This document shows, one piece after another, positions 25,403 through 43,842 of a DNA stretch of 64,000 bases. Position 1 is the first letter of the stretch. Each line of letters opens with the position of its first letter. Source of the DNA: Dehalococcoidia bacterium (GTDB taxonomy: Bacteria > Chloroflexota > Dehalococcoidia > UBA2979); NCBI GenBank assembly GCA_964291495.2, contig OZ219872.1, positions 416,001 through 480,000 of the forward strand. The letters are read 5' to 3'. The translations under genes were made by a program, and so were the position numbers. The notes below the pieces were generated by a model that did no database searches, had not been told where the DNA came from, and saw only the letters and a program-made list of their open reading frames with translations.

Positions 25403-25470
25403 CCGGAGGGGGCGAAGCGAGGGCCGCCTCTCGGCGGCCCTGGTGTTCCTGCGAAACCGGCGCTACCAGC

Positions 25471-27975
<2,505 letters not shown>

Positions 27976-28147
27976 CCCGCCACTCCCGTCGTGCGCATTA
28001 AGGCTACCACGGCCCCGAGCGGCGTTCGAGGCGAGCAGCCGGGGCGAACGCTTACGTCAAGCGCCGGTCACGCAGCCCGGCCAGGTGCGCCGCCGGCCGG
28101 TCCGCGGACCGGCCGGTGCTGGCTCTCCGAGGAAGCCGCTGGCGAAG

Positions 28148-29656
28148 CTATTCGTCGTTGGCCTCGGCCTCCTGGGAGGCGAGCTCCTCCTGCGCTTGCT
28201 TCATGGCGGCGGCCATGGCGGTCATCGGCGGGGCCTCCGGGCGACGCGGGGCGCCCTGGTCGGCGCCGCTGCCGCGGCGGCTGCGCTCCTCGGCGCGGGC
28301 TTCCCGCTCCGCCTCGGCCTCGGCTTGCCGCGCGGCGTAGCGCTCTTCGACGGCGGCGCACTCGTTCGGGAACTCCTCACGCGCCTCGTCGGCGATGCCC
28401 ATGACGCGCCCGTGATCGTCGAAGCTCCAGCCGCGGATCTCGGCCTCCTGCCGGCCCTCGCGCAGCGAGAGCCCGAGGCGGTGCCGGTCGTGCTCGATGC
28501 GCACGATCTTGAGCGGCACCACATCGCCCTCGTTGAGGATCTCGTCGGGCGCGTTGATCCGCCGGTCGACCAGTTCCGAGACGTGCGCGAGGCCCTCGAC
28601 GGGCCCGGGCAGCCGCGTGAACGCGCCGAAGGCGACGACCTTCGTGACGACGCCGGGGACGACGTCGCCGACCTCGTAGCGGGCGATCAGGTCCTGCCAC
28701 TGCTCGGGCGCGGCGCGGCGCACGGAGAGCGCGATCTTCTTGTTCTCGCGGTCGATCCGCATGACGAAGACGTCGATGTCCTGGCCGATGCTGAAGAGCT
28801 GCTCCGGGTCCGCGTTGCGGTCCCAGGAGAGCTCGGAGAGGTGCGCGAGGCCGTCGGCGCCGCCGAGGTCGACGAAGACCCCGAAGTTGCGGATCGAGGT
28901 GACCTTGCCGCGGCGGACTTCGCCCTCGGTGAGTTCGCCCAGCAGGCGCTCCTTCTGCTCGGCGCGCCACTCCTGCATGGCGGCGCGCTCGGAGAGGATC
29001 GCGCGGTTGCGGCGGCGGTTGATCTCGATCACCTTCATGCGCAGCACGCGGCCGACCTGGTCGGAGAGCGGGTTGGCGCCGTCGCTGCCGGGCTTGGCGC
29101 CGACCACCTGCGACATGGGGATGAAGGTGTTGACGCCCTCGACGTTGGCGAGCAGGCCACCCTTGTTGAAGCCGGTGATCTCCGCCTCGAAGATCTCGCC
29201 GCTCTCGAAGCGCTCCTGCAGGATCCGCCAGCCCTGTTCGCCGCGTGCGCGGTCGATCGAGAGCTGGACCTGGCCGTCCTCGGTCTCCGCCTGCAGCACG
29301 TAGGCCAGGACCTTCTCCCCGATGCTGAGCCGGGAGAGCGGGTCGGAGCCGAGCGAGTGCATTTCCTGCACGGGCACGACGCCCTCGGACTTGGAGCCGA
29401 TGTCGACGAGGTCGATGAGGACGCCGTCGCGCTCGATGCTCATGACGGGGCCTTCGATGACCTCGCCGCGGCGCAGCTGGCGCGGTTCGGGCGCCTCGCC
29501 GGCGTCGAGCAGCGCGCCCATGTCGAGGATCTCTTCCTCGGCAGCGGGTGCGGGTGCTGGAGTCGGTTCGGGCTGGGGAGGTGGCGTGGCTTCGGCCACT
29601 GCTGCGGGAGCGCCGGCAAGCGGCTCGGTCTGCTCCGGGGTGTCGGGATTCGTCAA
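28148..29656 (-). CDS. rpsA: 30S ribosomal protein bS1
   Basis: Four S1 domains (DIGSKSEG, FGVFVDLGGADGLAHLSELSW, EGLAHVSEL); TTG start with AGGAGG. Confidence 0.93.
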   Translation of the reverse strand: MTNPDTPEQTEPLAGAPAAVAEATPPPQPEPTPAPAPAAEEEILDMGALLDAGEAPEPRQLRRGEVIEGPVMSIERDGVLIDLVDIGSKSEGVVPVQEMHSLGSDPLSRLSIGEKVLAYVLQAETEDGQVQLSIDRARGEQGWRILQERFESGEIFEAEITGFNKGGLLANVEGVNTFIPMSQVVGAKPGSDGANPLSDQVGRVLRMKVIEINRRRNRAILSERAAMQEWRAEQKERLLGELTEGEVRRGKVTSIRNFGVFVDLGGADGLAHLSELSWDRNADPEQLFSIGQDIDVFVMRIDRENKKIALSVRRAAPEQWQDLIARYEVGDVVPGVVTKVVAFGAFTRLPGPVEGLAHVSELVDRRINAPDEILNEGDVVPLKIVRIEHDRHRLGLSLREGRQEAEIRGWSFDDHGRVMGIADEAREEFPNECAAVEERYAARQAEAEAEREARAEERSRRGSGADQGAPRRPEAPPMTAMAAAMKQAQEELASQEAEANDE

Positions 29657-29813
29657 GGTCTGTTCGGTCCTCCTGTCCTGGGCTCGCCGCCGGCGGCCCG
29701 CCGGGCCGCTGGCAGCCGAGGGATCATATCACGCGTCCCGGTAGCGCTCCGCCCCGAGGCGGACAGCCCCGGACGCGGAGCGAGCCGGCTCCGTGTGGGC
29801 CGGCTCGCATGAG

Positions 29814-29932
29814 TCCTGGCAGTGGCCTATTTTCCGCACCCGGTTGCCCGGGGAGTATCGTCAGCGCTGCGGCGTTTCACTTCCGTGTTCGGGATGGGAA
29901 CGGGTGGTTCCACCGCGCTCTAACCACCAGGA
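29814..29932 (-). rRNA. rrf: 5S rRNA
   Basis: CCACCCGTTCCCATCCCGAACACGGAAGTGAA core; terminal helix CCTGG/CCAGG; ends approximate. Confidence 0.95.
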
Positions 29933-29938
29933 CCGTCA

Positions 29939-29967
29939 AGTATGGCGGCGGGCGCGGTGGCGGGCAA
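29939..29967 (-). promoter_or_regulatory. Putative dedicated promoter of 5S rRNA
   Basis: TTGCCC-N17-CATACT ending about 6 nt before the 5S 5' end. Confidence 0.6.
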
Positions 29968-30021
29968 GCGTGGGCGCCGCCCTCGATGGCCTCGCCGGTC
30001 CTCGAGGGAGCGGAGGACGCG

Positions 30022-30051
30022 ACAGGGGCGCAGCGGTTGCTGCGCCCCTGT
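30022..30051. terminator. 13-bp perfect hairpin just 3' of tRNA-fMet (no U tract)
   Basis: ACAGGGGCGCAGC-GGTT-GCTGCGCCCCTGT. Confidence 0.5.
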
Positions 30052-30058
30052 GATTGGT

Positions 30059-30133
<75 letters not shown>

Positions 30134-30283
30134 ACGGGTCCGGATCGCTCCCGGTCTGGCTACATTCATTGTAGCCGGTCCGGGGCTCCGGGTTGCGGTC
30201 GCCGCGGGGGCGGCGACCGCCGGAAGCTGGACGTGACGGGAGCGGTTGGCGACGGCGGGGAACGCCGAGGGCGCCTGATGAAG

Positions 30284-33236
<2,953 letters not shown>

Positions 33237-33457
33237 CTTCATCAGGCACTCTCCGCGTTCCGCCCGCGCCGCCTCCCACGGCCCCGAGGGGCCATGACGG
33301 CAGCGCAGGCAAACGCCGTTCGTGTTGCCTTTGCTCTTGTCACGTTCATCTTCCGTTGGAAATGCGCCTGCAGGGCCAGAGCCCCGCGTCCAACGCCGCG
33401 AGCGCGGCGTGGTCGCCAATGTTCGGCAGTCCGGTCTGGCAATCCAGGGAGCGGGTT

Positions 33458-33533
33458 TGGTGGAGCCGGGGGGACTCGAACCCCCGACTTCCGCCTTGCA
33501 AAGGCGGCGCTCTCCCAGCTGAGCTACGGCCCC
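33458..33533 (-). tRNA. tRNA-Ala (UGC)
   Basis: Cloverleaf, anticodon TGC, G3:U70, CCA. Confidence 0.97.
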
Positions 33534-33578
33534 CCTCGCACCGCTAACGGCGCGCCGGGCAGGCGCACCGGCGAGCGC

Positions 33579-33655
33579 TGGTGGGCCATCCTGGATTCGA
33601 ACCAGGGACCTCAGTCTTATCAGGACTGCGCTCTAACCAGCTGAGCTAATGGCCC
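33579..33655 (-). tRNA. tRNA-Ile (GAU)
   Basis: Cloverleaf, CAGTC-CTGATAA-GACTG arm, CCA. Confidence 0.97.
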
Positions 33656-33932
33656 CCGAGTGCATCGCGGGGCGGCGCCCCATCCGCTCCGGGGCCGGCG
33701 CGCGGCCGGCCCCGCGGACATCTACCGCTGGATAGCAGCCGGAAGCAGCGCGCCGGATTCGTCCGCGCGGTGCGCGTACCCGGCTTGCCGCCGGCGAGGC
33801 GCGCACGCCTCGCGGCCGCCGCCGTGGGGCGAACCCCGAAGCGGCGTGCGACAACGCCGATCGACCCTGGAGCTCCTGACCGGGCCGGGCCGCACACCGT
33901 GCGACGCGGACTGATCCGGTTCGTGCTCCCTA

Positions 33933-35417
<1,485 letters not shown>

Positions 35418-35622
35418 AATACCCGGCCGTCTCCAGAGCGGCGAACCGCGCCTTCGACAACCGTGAGTGCCGTACTTTTCCCTGCGCACCAGCAAGCGCC
35501 CGACGGCCACGAGGGCGCGCCGAAACCGGCCAGCGCACAGGATTGACGGGAATCCTGTTTCTGCTTCTGACTGCTATCCAGATGTAAATGTCCGACGCGC
35601 TCCCCGCGGGAGGCGTCCGAAG

Positions 35623-35650
35623 AGGATAGCACGATCCGCCCGAGGGGCAA
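35623..35650 (-). promoter_or_regulatory. rRNA operon promoter
   Basis: TTGCCC-N16-TATCCT with extended TG; leader 35571-35593 is complementary to 33716-33738 (16S processing stem). Confidence 0.7.
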
Positions 35651-35663
35651 CAGCGTTCGGCCC

Positions 35664-36746
35664 TCAGCCGGCGCCCGTCCCGCGCCGCCGGAGGCGCAGC
35701 TCCGCCTCCTCCGTCCACGCCTCGCCTCCCGCGAGGTCCAGCCGCGCTCCGCGCCGCCCGGCGATGCGCAGCAGCGCCTCCAGCTGTTCCGAGGTCAGCG
35801 CCAGACCCAGCTGCGCAGCCGCGCCGCGCAGCACCCGCGCCGCCACCGCCTCCGGCAGCCCGCACAGCTCCCCGCGCTCGATGCCCGCGCCTGCATCGTC
35901 GATCCGCACAAGCCGTGCACTCTCGGCGGCGGCCCAGACTTCGAGCGCGGCGTCGTCGCGGCGAGCGCGGCGGGCGAAGCCGGCCAGCGCCTCGGCGGCG
36001 CGCGGATTCAGCCGCCGCAGCTCCGGCAGCACGCGGCGCCGCACGCGGTTGCGGTCGAAGATCAGCGTCTCGTTGCCCGGATCGCTGCGCGGCGCGAGGC
36101 CCTGTTCCGCCAGCCCGAGCGCATCGAGGTAGCCGACCACCTCGGCGCGGCGCACGTCGATCAAGGGTCGCAGCAGCCGCGGCGCGTCCGCCTCGCCCTC
36201 GAGCGGCACGGGCCACGGCGCGTCGGGCGCCATGCCCGAGGCGCCGGCGAGGCCGGCGCCTCGCGTCAGCCGCAGCAGCACCGTCTCCGCCTGGTCGTCC
36301 AGCGTGTGGCCGGTCACGCAGGCCGCGGCGCCGATCTCCAGCGCGGCCGCGCCCAGCCAGCGGTAGCGCGCCCGCCGCGCCGCGTCCTCCGAGGCCTCTA
36401 TCGGCGCCTCCGGCGCGCCGGCCAGGCAGCGCACGCCGATCGCGGCGGCCAGCGCCTCGACGGCGGCGCGGTCCGCCCGTGTTTCCGGGGGAGGCCGCAG
36501 GCCGTGGTCGAACGTCGCGGCCAGCACCTCGCCGCCGGACGCCGCCTGCCTCGCGCGCGCGACGGCGACGAGCGCGGCGCTGGAGTCAGGCCCGCCCGAG
36601 CAGGCTACGAGCAAGGGCCGGGAGTCCCCGGCGACAGCGCCGAGGGCGCGCCCCGCGCGCCGCTCGAACGAGCCGGTCGCGCGATTGCGCGCGAGCGGCT
36701 CGGCGCGCGAGTCGGGGAGCGGCCGCAGCGGATCGAAGGCGGTCAT
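35664..36746 (-). CDS. tilS: tRNA(Ile)-lysidine synthetase, short type
   Basis: SGGPDS PP-loop, DHGLR, ARRARY, GHTLDDQAETVLLRL, RPL, RNRVR. Confidence 0.92.
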   Translation of the reverse strand: MTAFDPLRPLPDSRAEPLARNRATGSFERRAGRALGAVAGDSRPLLVACSGGPDSSAALVAVARARQAASGGEVLAATFDHGLRPPPETRADRAAVEALAAAIGVRCLAGAPEAPIEASEDAARRARYRWLGAAALEIGAAACVTGHTLDDQAETVLLRLTRGAGLAGASGMAPDAPWPVPLEGEADAPRLLRPLIDVRRAEVVGYLDALGLAEQGLAPRSDPGNETLIFDRNRVRRRVLPELRRLNPRAAEALAGFARRARRDDAALEVWAAAESARLVRIDDAGAGIERGELCGLPEAVAARVLRGAAAQLGLALTSEQLEALLRIAGRRGARLDLAGGEAWTEEAELRLRRRGTGAG

Positions 36747-36810
36747 GCGGTCAGAGTAGCGCCCTCGCGCGCGTTCGGGGCGCCCGGGCGGCGGCCCCGG
36801 TCACATCGCG

Positions 36811-37176
36811 CTAGCGATCGAACAGCACTTCCCACCAGCGCTCGCCCGGCTGGCGTCCCGATTCCTCCGGGGGCGGTGCGTCGACCACGACCTCCGTCTC
36901 GCCGGGGTAGACGAGGCCGAACTCGCTGCGCGCGACGGCCTCGACGTACTCGTCGGAGAGGAGGTACTCGCGCAGTCCTTCGAGCTCGGCCTGGCGCGTG
37001 CGCAGCTCGTGGATCTCGGCCTCGACGGCGCGGCGCTCGTCGGCCAGGCGGAAGTTCTGCGCGGCGGTCTGGAAGGCAGCGTAGCCGAACAGCGCGAGCA
37101 GCAGCGCCACCATGGGGAACACGACGTGTAACGGGCCGAAGGCGAGCAGCCGCGGCCTGGGGAGATGGAACCGCAT
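36811..37176 (-). CDS. Septum formation initiator, FtsB/DivIC family
   Basis: TM helix, coiled coil, YVEAVARSEFGLVYPGE. Confidence 0.85.
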   Translation of the reverse strand: MRFHLPRPRLLAFGPLHVVFPMVALLLALFGYAAFQTAAQNFRLADERRAVEAEIHELRTRQAELEGLREYLLSDEYVEAVARSEFGLVYPGETEVVVDAPPPEESGRQPGERWWEVLFDR

Positions 37177-37263
37177 TGCGCCCCTCGAGCGCCGGCCCCG
37201 CCGCTACTTACCGTAACAGCCGCTTCCCCGCCCGACAATCGCCAGCGAGGGCGCTCACCGCCG

Positions 37264-37914
37264 CTACTCAGTCCCGTCCAGGTGGCAGCGATCGTTGAGG
37301 GTGACCACGGACCAGCCCGCGGGCTCGCCGTCCTCGCCCGGCCGCCGCTCGGCCACGGTCAGCGAGGCGAGGCCCAGCTCGAAGCGCCGCGCCGCCGCCA
37401 GCGGCACGCCGATCACGCGCGCGAGCAGCGCCTTCAGCGCGAGGTTGTGCGAGACGACGACGACCTCCGTGAAGCCGTCGCCCTCGCCGTGGCGCGCGGC
37501 GATCTCGTCGAGGGCGGCGAGCATCCGCTCCTGCGCCTCGCGCATCGTCTCGCCGCCGGGGAAGCGCAGGTCGGCGATGTCCTCGTCGCGCCAGCGCTCG
37601 ATGAAGTCGGCGTGCTGCTCGCGGATCTGGTCGATCGTCTGGCCGTCGAGGTCGCCGTGGTCGAGCTCGTGGAGCCGCTCGTCCACGGCCGCCTCGAGGC
37701 CGAGCGCGCGGCCGGCGACAGCTGCGGTCTCTCTCGCGCGCAGCGCGGGGCTGCAATAGAGCGCGACGGGGCGGTAGGGAGCGAAGGCGTCAGCGGCGGC
37801 CTCCGCCTGACGGCGGCCGCGCTCCGTCAGCGGGTGGTCGATGCGGCCCTGCGTCTGGCCGGCGGCGTTGCCCTCTGCCTCGGCGTGGCGCAGCAGCAGG
37901 AAGCGGACGTTCAC
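37264..37914 (-). CDS. Histidine phosphatase family protein
   Basis: RHAE, SPALRARETA, ELDHG, VVSH. Confidence 0.9.
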   Translation of the reverse strand: MNVRFLLLRHAEAEGNAAGQTQGRIDHPLTERGRRQAEAAADAFAPYRPVALYCSPALRARETAAVAGRALGLEAAVDERLHELDHGDLDGQTIDQIREQHADFIERWRDEDIADLRFPGGETMREAQERMLAALDEIAARHGEGDGFTEVVVVSHNLALKALLARVIGVPLAAARRFELGLASLTVAERRPGEDGEPAGWSVVTLNDRCHLDGTE

Positions 37915-38609
37915 GGCGTCAGCCCGAGGAACGCCCGGATCACGCGGTGCTCGCGCACCTCCTCACGGCTCAGGGGCGGCGATCCGGGCTCGACGTCGTC
38001 GCCGTAGAAGCCGATGAACCAGAGCAGGAGGTTCTCGTGCCAGTAGACGAAGCCGTTGGGCGGCTCGCAGCCTTCCACCAGCGGCTCGGCGCGCTGCCCC
38101 GTCCGCCATTCGGCCTGCCTCGACTCGGTGTCCGGGTAGACCCAGAGCACCCAGACGGCGAAGCGCCCCGCCGTCGCGTCGTCCGAGACGACGAACGGCA
38201 GCCCCTCGACCGCGGCGCCCGCGCAAGCGGACGCGGGGTCGTACAGGTCCGTCAGCACCACGCCCCCCGGCGCAAGCGCATCCACGAGGTCCGAGAGGGA
38301 GTACGGGACGCCCTCGGCCGCGACCGGCGCAGGCGTCGCCGCGGCCGGCGTTGCTGTCACGGTCGGAGTCTGCATGGCTGCCGGCGTTGGAGTCGGGGTC
38401 GGTGTTGCGGTTGGCGTCGTGGCGGGCGTGGGCGTTGCGGTTGCGGTCCGTGCTGGAGTCGTCGTGACCGTGCCCGTTGCCGCCGCCGTCGGCGTCGCCC
38501 CACCGTCCCCGCCGTCCTCGCCATCCCCGCCGCCGCAGCGGAGCGTGACCACAGCGGCCACCACGACGACGAGCAGCACGAGGAAGGCGACGCGAGATGC
38601 AGCGATCAC
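37911..38609 (-). CDS. Membrane-anchored or exported hypothetical protein with Pro/Thr linker
   Basis: N-terminal hydrophobic helix, TP-rich linker, globular C-terminus; overlaps neighbours by 4 nt. Confidence 0.7.
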   Translation of the reverse strand: MIAASRVAFLVLLVVVVAAVVTLRCGGGDGEDGGDGGATPTAAATGTVTTTPARTATATPTPATTPTATPTPTPTPAAMQTPTVTATPAAATPAPVAAEGVPYSLSDLVDALAPGGVVLTDLYDPASACAGAAVEGLPFVVSDDATAGRFAVWVLWVYPDTESRQAEWRTGQRAEPLVEGCEPPNGFVYWHENLLLWFIGFYGDDVEPGSPPLSREEVREHRVIRAFLGLTP

Positions 38610-39301
38610 GCCCGGCGCTCCCCTGTGCTGGCGAGCGCTGGCTCCCCCAGTCGCAGCGCGGTGCGCACGACGCTGGCCGGGCGCGCCTCGACCTCCAGCG
38701 CCGCGAGCACCGAGGCCGGGCGGCCGGTGCGCTGCTCGTTCAACTCCAGGTCCATTGCCAGCAGCAGCCTCTCCCCCTCATCGCGCAGCGCGAGGTCACG
38801 GATCGCCGCCCGCAGGTCGTAGCGCCGCGTCTTCGCGCCGCGCTGCTCCTCCCAGTCGAGCGTGTCGAGGGCGAGCAACGCATCGAGGCGTCTCCCGACC
38901 TCGCCGACATCGAGGACGCCAGCCTCGAAGGCGACCTCGTAGGTCGCGCTACGGATCTGCGACTGGAGCGAGGGCAGTTCGTGAGCCGCCTCCTCGGCGG
39001 CGAGCAGCGTCAGGCCGTCCGGCAACGCCGCCTGGAGGCGGCGCACGAACTCCTCGGGGGCGACGGGGGGCGACAGCCAGACGTCGAGCAACTCGCGCTC
39101 GCCGACGGTGCCGACGGGCAGTGGCGCGCCGAGGGCGATCCGCGCGTGGGGTGTGAAGCCCTGCGTGTAGGCGAGCGGCAGCCGCGCGCGGCGCAGGCTG
39201 CGCTCCCAGGTGCGCATCAGGTCCAGGTGCGCGATGTAGCGCAGCGTGTCCGCCTTGCGGTACGTCACGCGCAATCGCTGCGGTCGTTCGTCCTGGCTCA
39301 T
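38606..39301 (-). CDS. DUF2344 / TIGR03936 radical SAM-associated protein
   Basis: RYIAHLDLMRTWERSLRRA, YTQGFTPHARI, LPVG. Confidence 0.9.
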   Translation of the reverse strand: MSQDERPQRLRVTYRKADTLRYIAHLDLMRTWERSLRRARLPLAYTQGFTPHARIALGAPLPVGTVGERELLDVWLSPPVAPEEFVRRLQAALPDGLTLLAAEEAAHELPSLQSQIRSATYEVAFEAGVLDVGEVGRRLDALLALDTLDWEEQRGAKTRRYDLRAAIRDLALRDEGERLLLAMDLELNEQRTGRPASVLAALEVEARPASVVRTALRLGEPALASTGERRA

Positions 39302-39320
39302 CGCCCTTCGAGTGTAGCCG

Positions 39321-40286
39321 TCAGTCGCGCTCGCGCGCCCAGCCGGCCTTCACGGCCTGCAGCAGCGCGGCGGCTGCTGCGCGCGGGTCGCGGCGGCGCG
39401 CGGCCACCTCATCGACCAGCGCCTCGAGGACACCCGCGCGGCGCGCGGCCTCGAGGGCCTCGCGGTGCAGCGCGGCGCGGGCGAGAGAGATCACCTGAGC
39501 GCGCGCCAGGTCGCGGCGCGCCTCCTCGGCGTGCTCCGAACCACGCAGGTACTCCTGGTGGTCGTCGATCGCCTCGACCAGCTCCTCGACGCCCTCGCCG
39601 GACCGCGCCACTGCCTTGAGGATCGGCGGCTTCCAGGCCCGTTCGCCGGCGATGGCGAGCAGCGCCCGCAGCTGCGTCGCGGCGGTGTCGGCGCCGGCGA
39701 GGTCGGCCTTGTTGACGACCATCACCTGCGCGACCTCCATCAGCCCCGCCTTCAGCGACTGCACCTCGTCGCCGCCTGCCGGCATCGTGACCAGCACTGT
39801 CGTCTGCGTCGCCGTCGCGATCTCGACCTCGTCCTGCCCCGCGCCGACGGTTTCGACGATCACCACGTCGTAGCCGGCCGCGTCCATCACGTCGACGACG
39901 CCGGAGGCGGTCTCGGCGAGGCCGCCGAGGTTGCCGCGGGACGCCATCGATCGCATGAACACGCCAGGGTCCGAGGTCAGGTCCTGCATGCGAATGCGAT
40001 CGCCGAGGATCGCGCCGTGCGAGAACGGCGACGAGGGATCGACGGCGACGATGCCGACGCTGCGCCCGCGCTCGCGCTGCGCTCGCGCAAGCCGCCCGAC
40101 CAGCGTCGACTTGCCGACGCCGGCGGAGCCCGTGACGCCCACCGTGCGGGCGCTGCCGGTCCGTGGGTAGAGGCCCGCGAGGACGGCGCGGCCTGTCTCC
40201 GTATCGGCTTCGACGTGCGTGATGGCGCGGGCAAGCGCGCGCCGGTCACCGCTGCCGACGCCCGCGATCAGCTCGGCTGCGTCCAC
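39321..40286 (-). CDS. meaB: Methylmalonyl-CoA mutase-associated GTPase MeaB
   Basis: GSAGVGKST, AVDPSSPFSHGAILGDRIRM, ETVGAGQ, NKAD. Confidence 0.95.
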   Translation of the reverse strand: MDAAELIAGVGSGDRRALARAITHVEADTETGRAVLAGLYPRTGSARTVGVTGSAGVGKSTLVGRLARAQRERGRSVGIVAVDPSSPFSHGAILGDRIRMQDLTSDPGVFMRSMASRGNLGGLAETASGVVDVMDAAGYDVVIVETVGAGQDEVEIATATQTTVLVTMPAGGDEVQSLKAGLMEVAQVMVVNKADLAGADTAATQLRALLAIAGERAWKPPILKAVARSGEGVEELVEAIDDHQEYLRGSEHAEEARRDLARAQVISLARAALHREALEAARRAGVLEALVDEVAARRRDPRAAAAALLQAVKAGWARERD

Positions 40287-40292
40287 CCGGGC

Positions 40293-40703
40293 TCAGGCGG
40301 TGGGGCTCGCCGCGTGATCGCGGACGAACTCGATGATCGCCTCGGTGTTGGTGCCGGGACCGAAGACACCCGTGAAGCCCATCTCCTGCACCGTGGCGAC
40401 GTCGGCCTCGGGGATGATCCCGCCGCAGAACAGCAGGACGTCGTCCACGCCGCGCTCGACGAGCGCGCTCACGACGCGGGGGAACAGCTCGAGGTGCGCG
40501 CCGGAGAGGATCGAGAGGCCGACGACCTGCACGTCCTCCTGCAGAGCGGCCTCGGCGATCATCTCGGGCGTCTGGCGGATGCCGGTGTAGATCACTTCCA
40601 TGCCGGCGTCGCGCAGGGCGCGCGCCACCACCTTGGCGCCGCGGTCGTGCCCGTCGAGGCCGGGCTTTGCGATCAGGACGCGGATCGCCTGCTCGTCAGT
40701 CAT
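40293..40703 (-). CDS. Cobalamin-binding small subunit of acyl-CoA mutase
   Basis: [24 protein letters not shown]. Confidence 0.95.
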   Translation of the reverse strand: MTDEQAIRVLIAKPGLDGHDRGAKVVARALRDAGMEVIYTGIRQTPEMIAEAALQEDVQVVGLSILSGAHLELFPRVVSALVERGVDDVLLFCGGIIPEADVATVQEMGFTGVFGPGTNTEAIIEFVRDHAASPTA

Positions 40704-40787
40704 GGGGAGTCTCCTGGCCAGCCGTTGTTGCGTTCCTGCCTGCAGAGTGTACCAAGCGGGCCGGGCCGCGCTCAGCCCGTGGCCCGG

Positions 40788-41597
40788 TCAGCCAACGTAT
40801 TCGAGCAGCTGGATGCGGATGCCGAAGGCCTGATCGGCGCTGATCTCCGAGCGCCGGGTTCCCGGCAGCACGCCCACCACCGCGTCCGGCACGTTCAGCC
40901 CGGCCGCCCGGTAGCGGGCGATCTCCGCATCGAGATCGGGGACCTCGATCGCGGTCATCGGCGACGCGCCCTCGCGCAGATCGCCGCTCGCCAGCGGCGA
41001 GTCCGGCCCGTCCGGCGCGAGCAGCTCGATCATGCACTGCCCGATCGGGAACTGCCCGATCAGCATCCCCGACTCCTCGATGTGGAGTTGCGCGTGCTCC
41101 TCGAGGCCGGCGACCTCGCCCCAGCGCTGCTTCGCCGCCTCGTAGTCCGCGACGCGGCAGGCGAGGTGATCGAAGCCCTTCTCGGGCGAGGCGTGGCGGT
41201 CGGGGACCTCGGCGAACTCGAGCAGCACGCCGTGCATCGAGCGCGGGTGGATGAAGGCGATCTTGCCGGCAAGGCCGTAGCGCCACTCCTCGTCAATCAG
41301 CTCGACGCCGAGCGCCCGGACGCGGTCCAGTTCGGCGGCGATGTCGTCCGTGCGCAGGCAGATGTGGTGCAGGGTCGGGCCGCGGCTCTCGAGGAAGCGC
41401 GCGACGCCCGTGTCGTCGCGGACGGGCTCCAGCAGCTCGAACTCGTTCTCGCCGCAGGACAGCAGCACGCCGCGTACGCCCTGATCGTCGAGGATCTCGT
41501 CCGCCGCGACGGTCAGGCCCATGATGTCGCGGTAGAAACCGAGCGCCTCATCGGCGTCCGGCAGGACGATCCCGACGTGATGGAGCAGGTCGATCAA
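40788..41597 (-). CDS. Two-domain VOC protein, methylmalonyl-CoA epimerase-like
   Basis: HHVGI, ELLEP, LHHIC, FIHP...GVLLEF, then a second VOC repeat; TTG start at 41597. Confidence 0.8.
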   Translation of the reverse strand: MIDLLHHVGIVLPDADEALGFYRDIMGLTVAADEILDDQGVRGVLLSCGENEFELLEPVRDDTGVARFLESRGPTLHHICLRTDDIAAELDRVRALGVELIDEEWRYGLAGKIAFIHPRSMHGVLLEFAEVPDRHASPEKGFDHLACRVADYEAAKQRWGEVAGLEEHAQLHIEESGMLIGQFPIGQCMIELLAPDGPDSPLASGDLREGASPMTAIEVPDLDAEIARYRAAGLNVPDAVVGVLPGTRRSEISADQAFGIRIQLLEYVG

Positions 41598-42088
41598 ACG
41601 CCCTGCTCCCGCCGCCACGCGCGGATCGCCTCGATGTGCTCGTGGTCGTGTTCGGCGGAGTCCGCGAGGCGGTGCGGGGTGCGGCCCTCGGCGTAGCGCT
41701 CCGGCTCGAGCGCGCGCAGGCCGCGAATCGCCTCGTCGTGTTCCTCGCGGGCGGCGCGGAGCCGGGCCATCACGGCCTCCCAGGACTGGCCGCGCATCTC
41801 CGCGACCGACGCCGCGTTATAGGCGTCGTCGGCCGCGTCCGGGTCGTCGCGGTTCGGCTCGTAACCAGGCACCGCGGGCCGTTCGCCGGAGGTGACCGCC
41901 CGCAGTGCGTGGCTCCAGCCCTCCTGCCAGCGGGCGAGGTGCGCGAGCACGTCCTGCACGGACCACTGCTGCGGGCCGTACCAGCCCTCGGTCCGCCGCT
42001 CGGCGGGCAGCGCGTCGATCGCGTCCAGCAGATCGGCGCGCGCCTGCGCGTTGCCCTCGATGATCGCGTCGACGGCGTCAGCCATCAC
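41594..42088 (-). CDS. DinB-like four-helix bundle protein
   Basis: WSVQDVLAHLARW...HDHEH. Confidence 0.8.
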   Translation of the reverse strand: MMADAVDAIIEGNAQARADLLDAIDALPAERRTEGWYGPQQWSVQDVLAHLARWQEGWSHALRAVTSGERPAVPGYEPNRDDPDAADDAYNAASVAEMRGQSWEAVMARLRAAREEHDEAIRGLRALEPERYAEGRTPHRLADSAEHDHEHIEAIRAWRREQGV

Positions 42089-42097
42089 GGGCCGTCC

Positions 42098-43756
<1,659 letters not shown>

Positions 43757-43842
43757 GCGCTCCTCCGCCGTTACGTCACCGCGCCGAGTGTAGCAGCCGC
43801 GCGAGTCAACGCTAGCGGCGAGGCTCGACGTGGCCGGCGGCT

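Noticed and set aside
38330-38520. Low-complexity repeat-like stretch
   Set aside because: Encodes the Pro/Thr linker of the membrane-anchored protein
43757-43842. Cobalamin or SAM riboswitch upstream of the mutase or TusA operons
   Set aside because: Leaders are short and show no recognisable B12-box or SAM core
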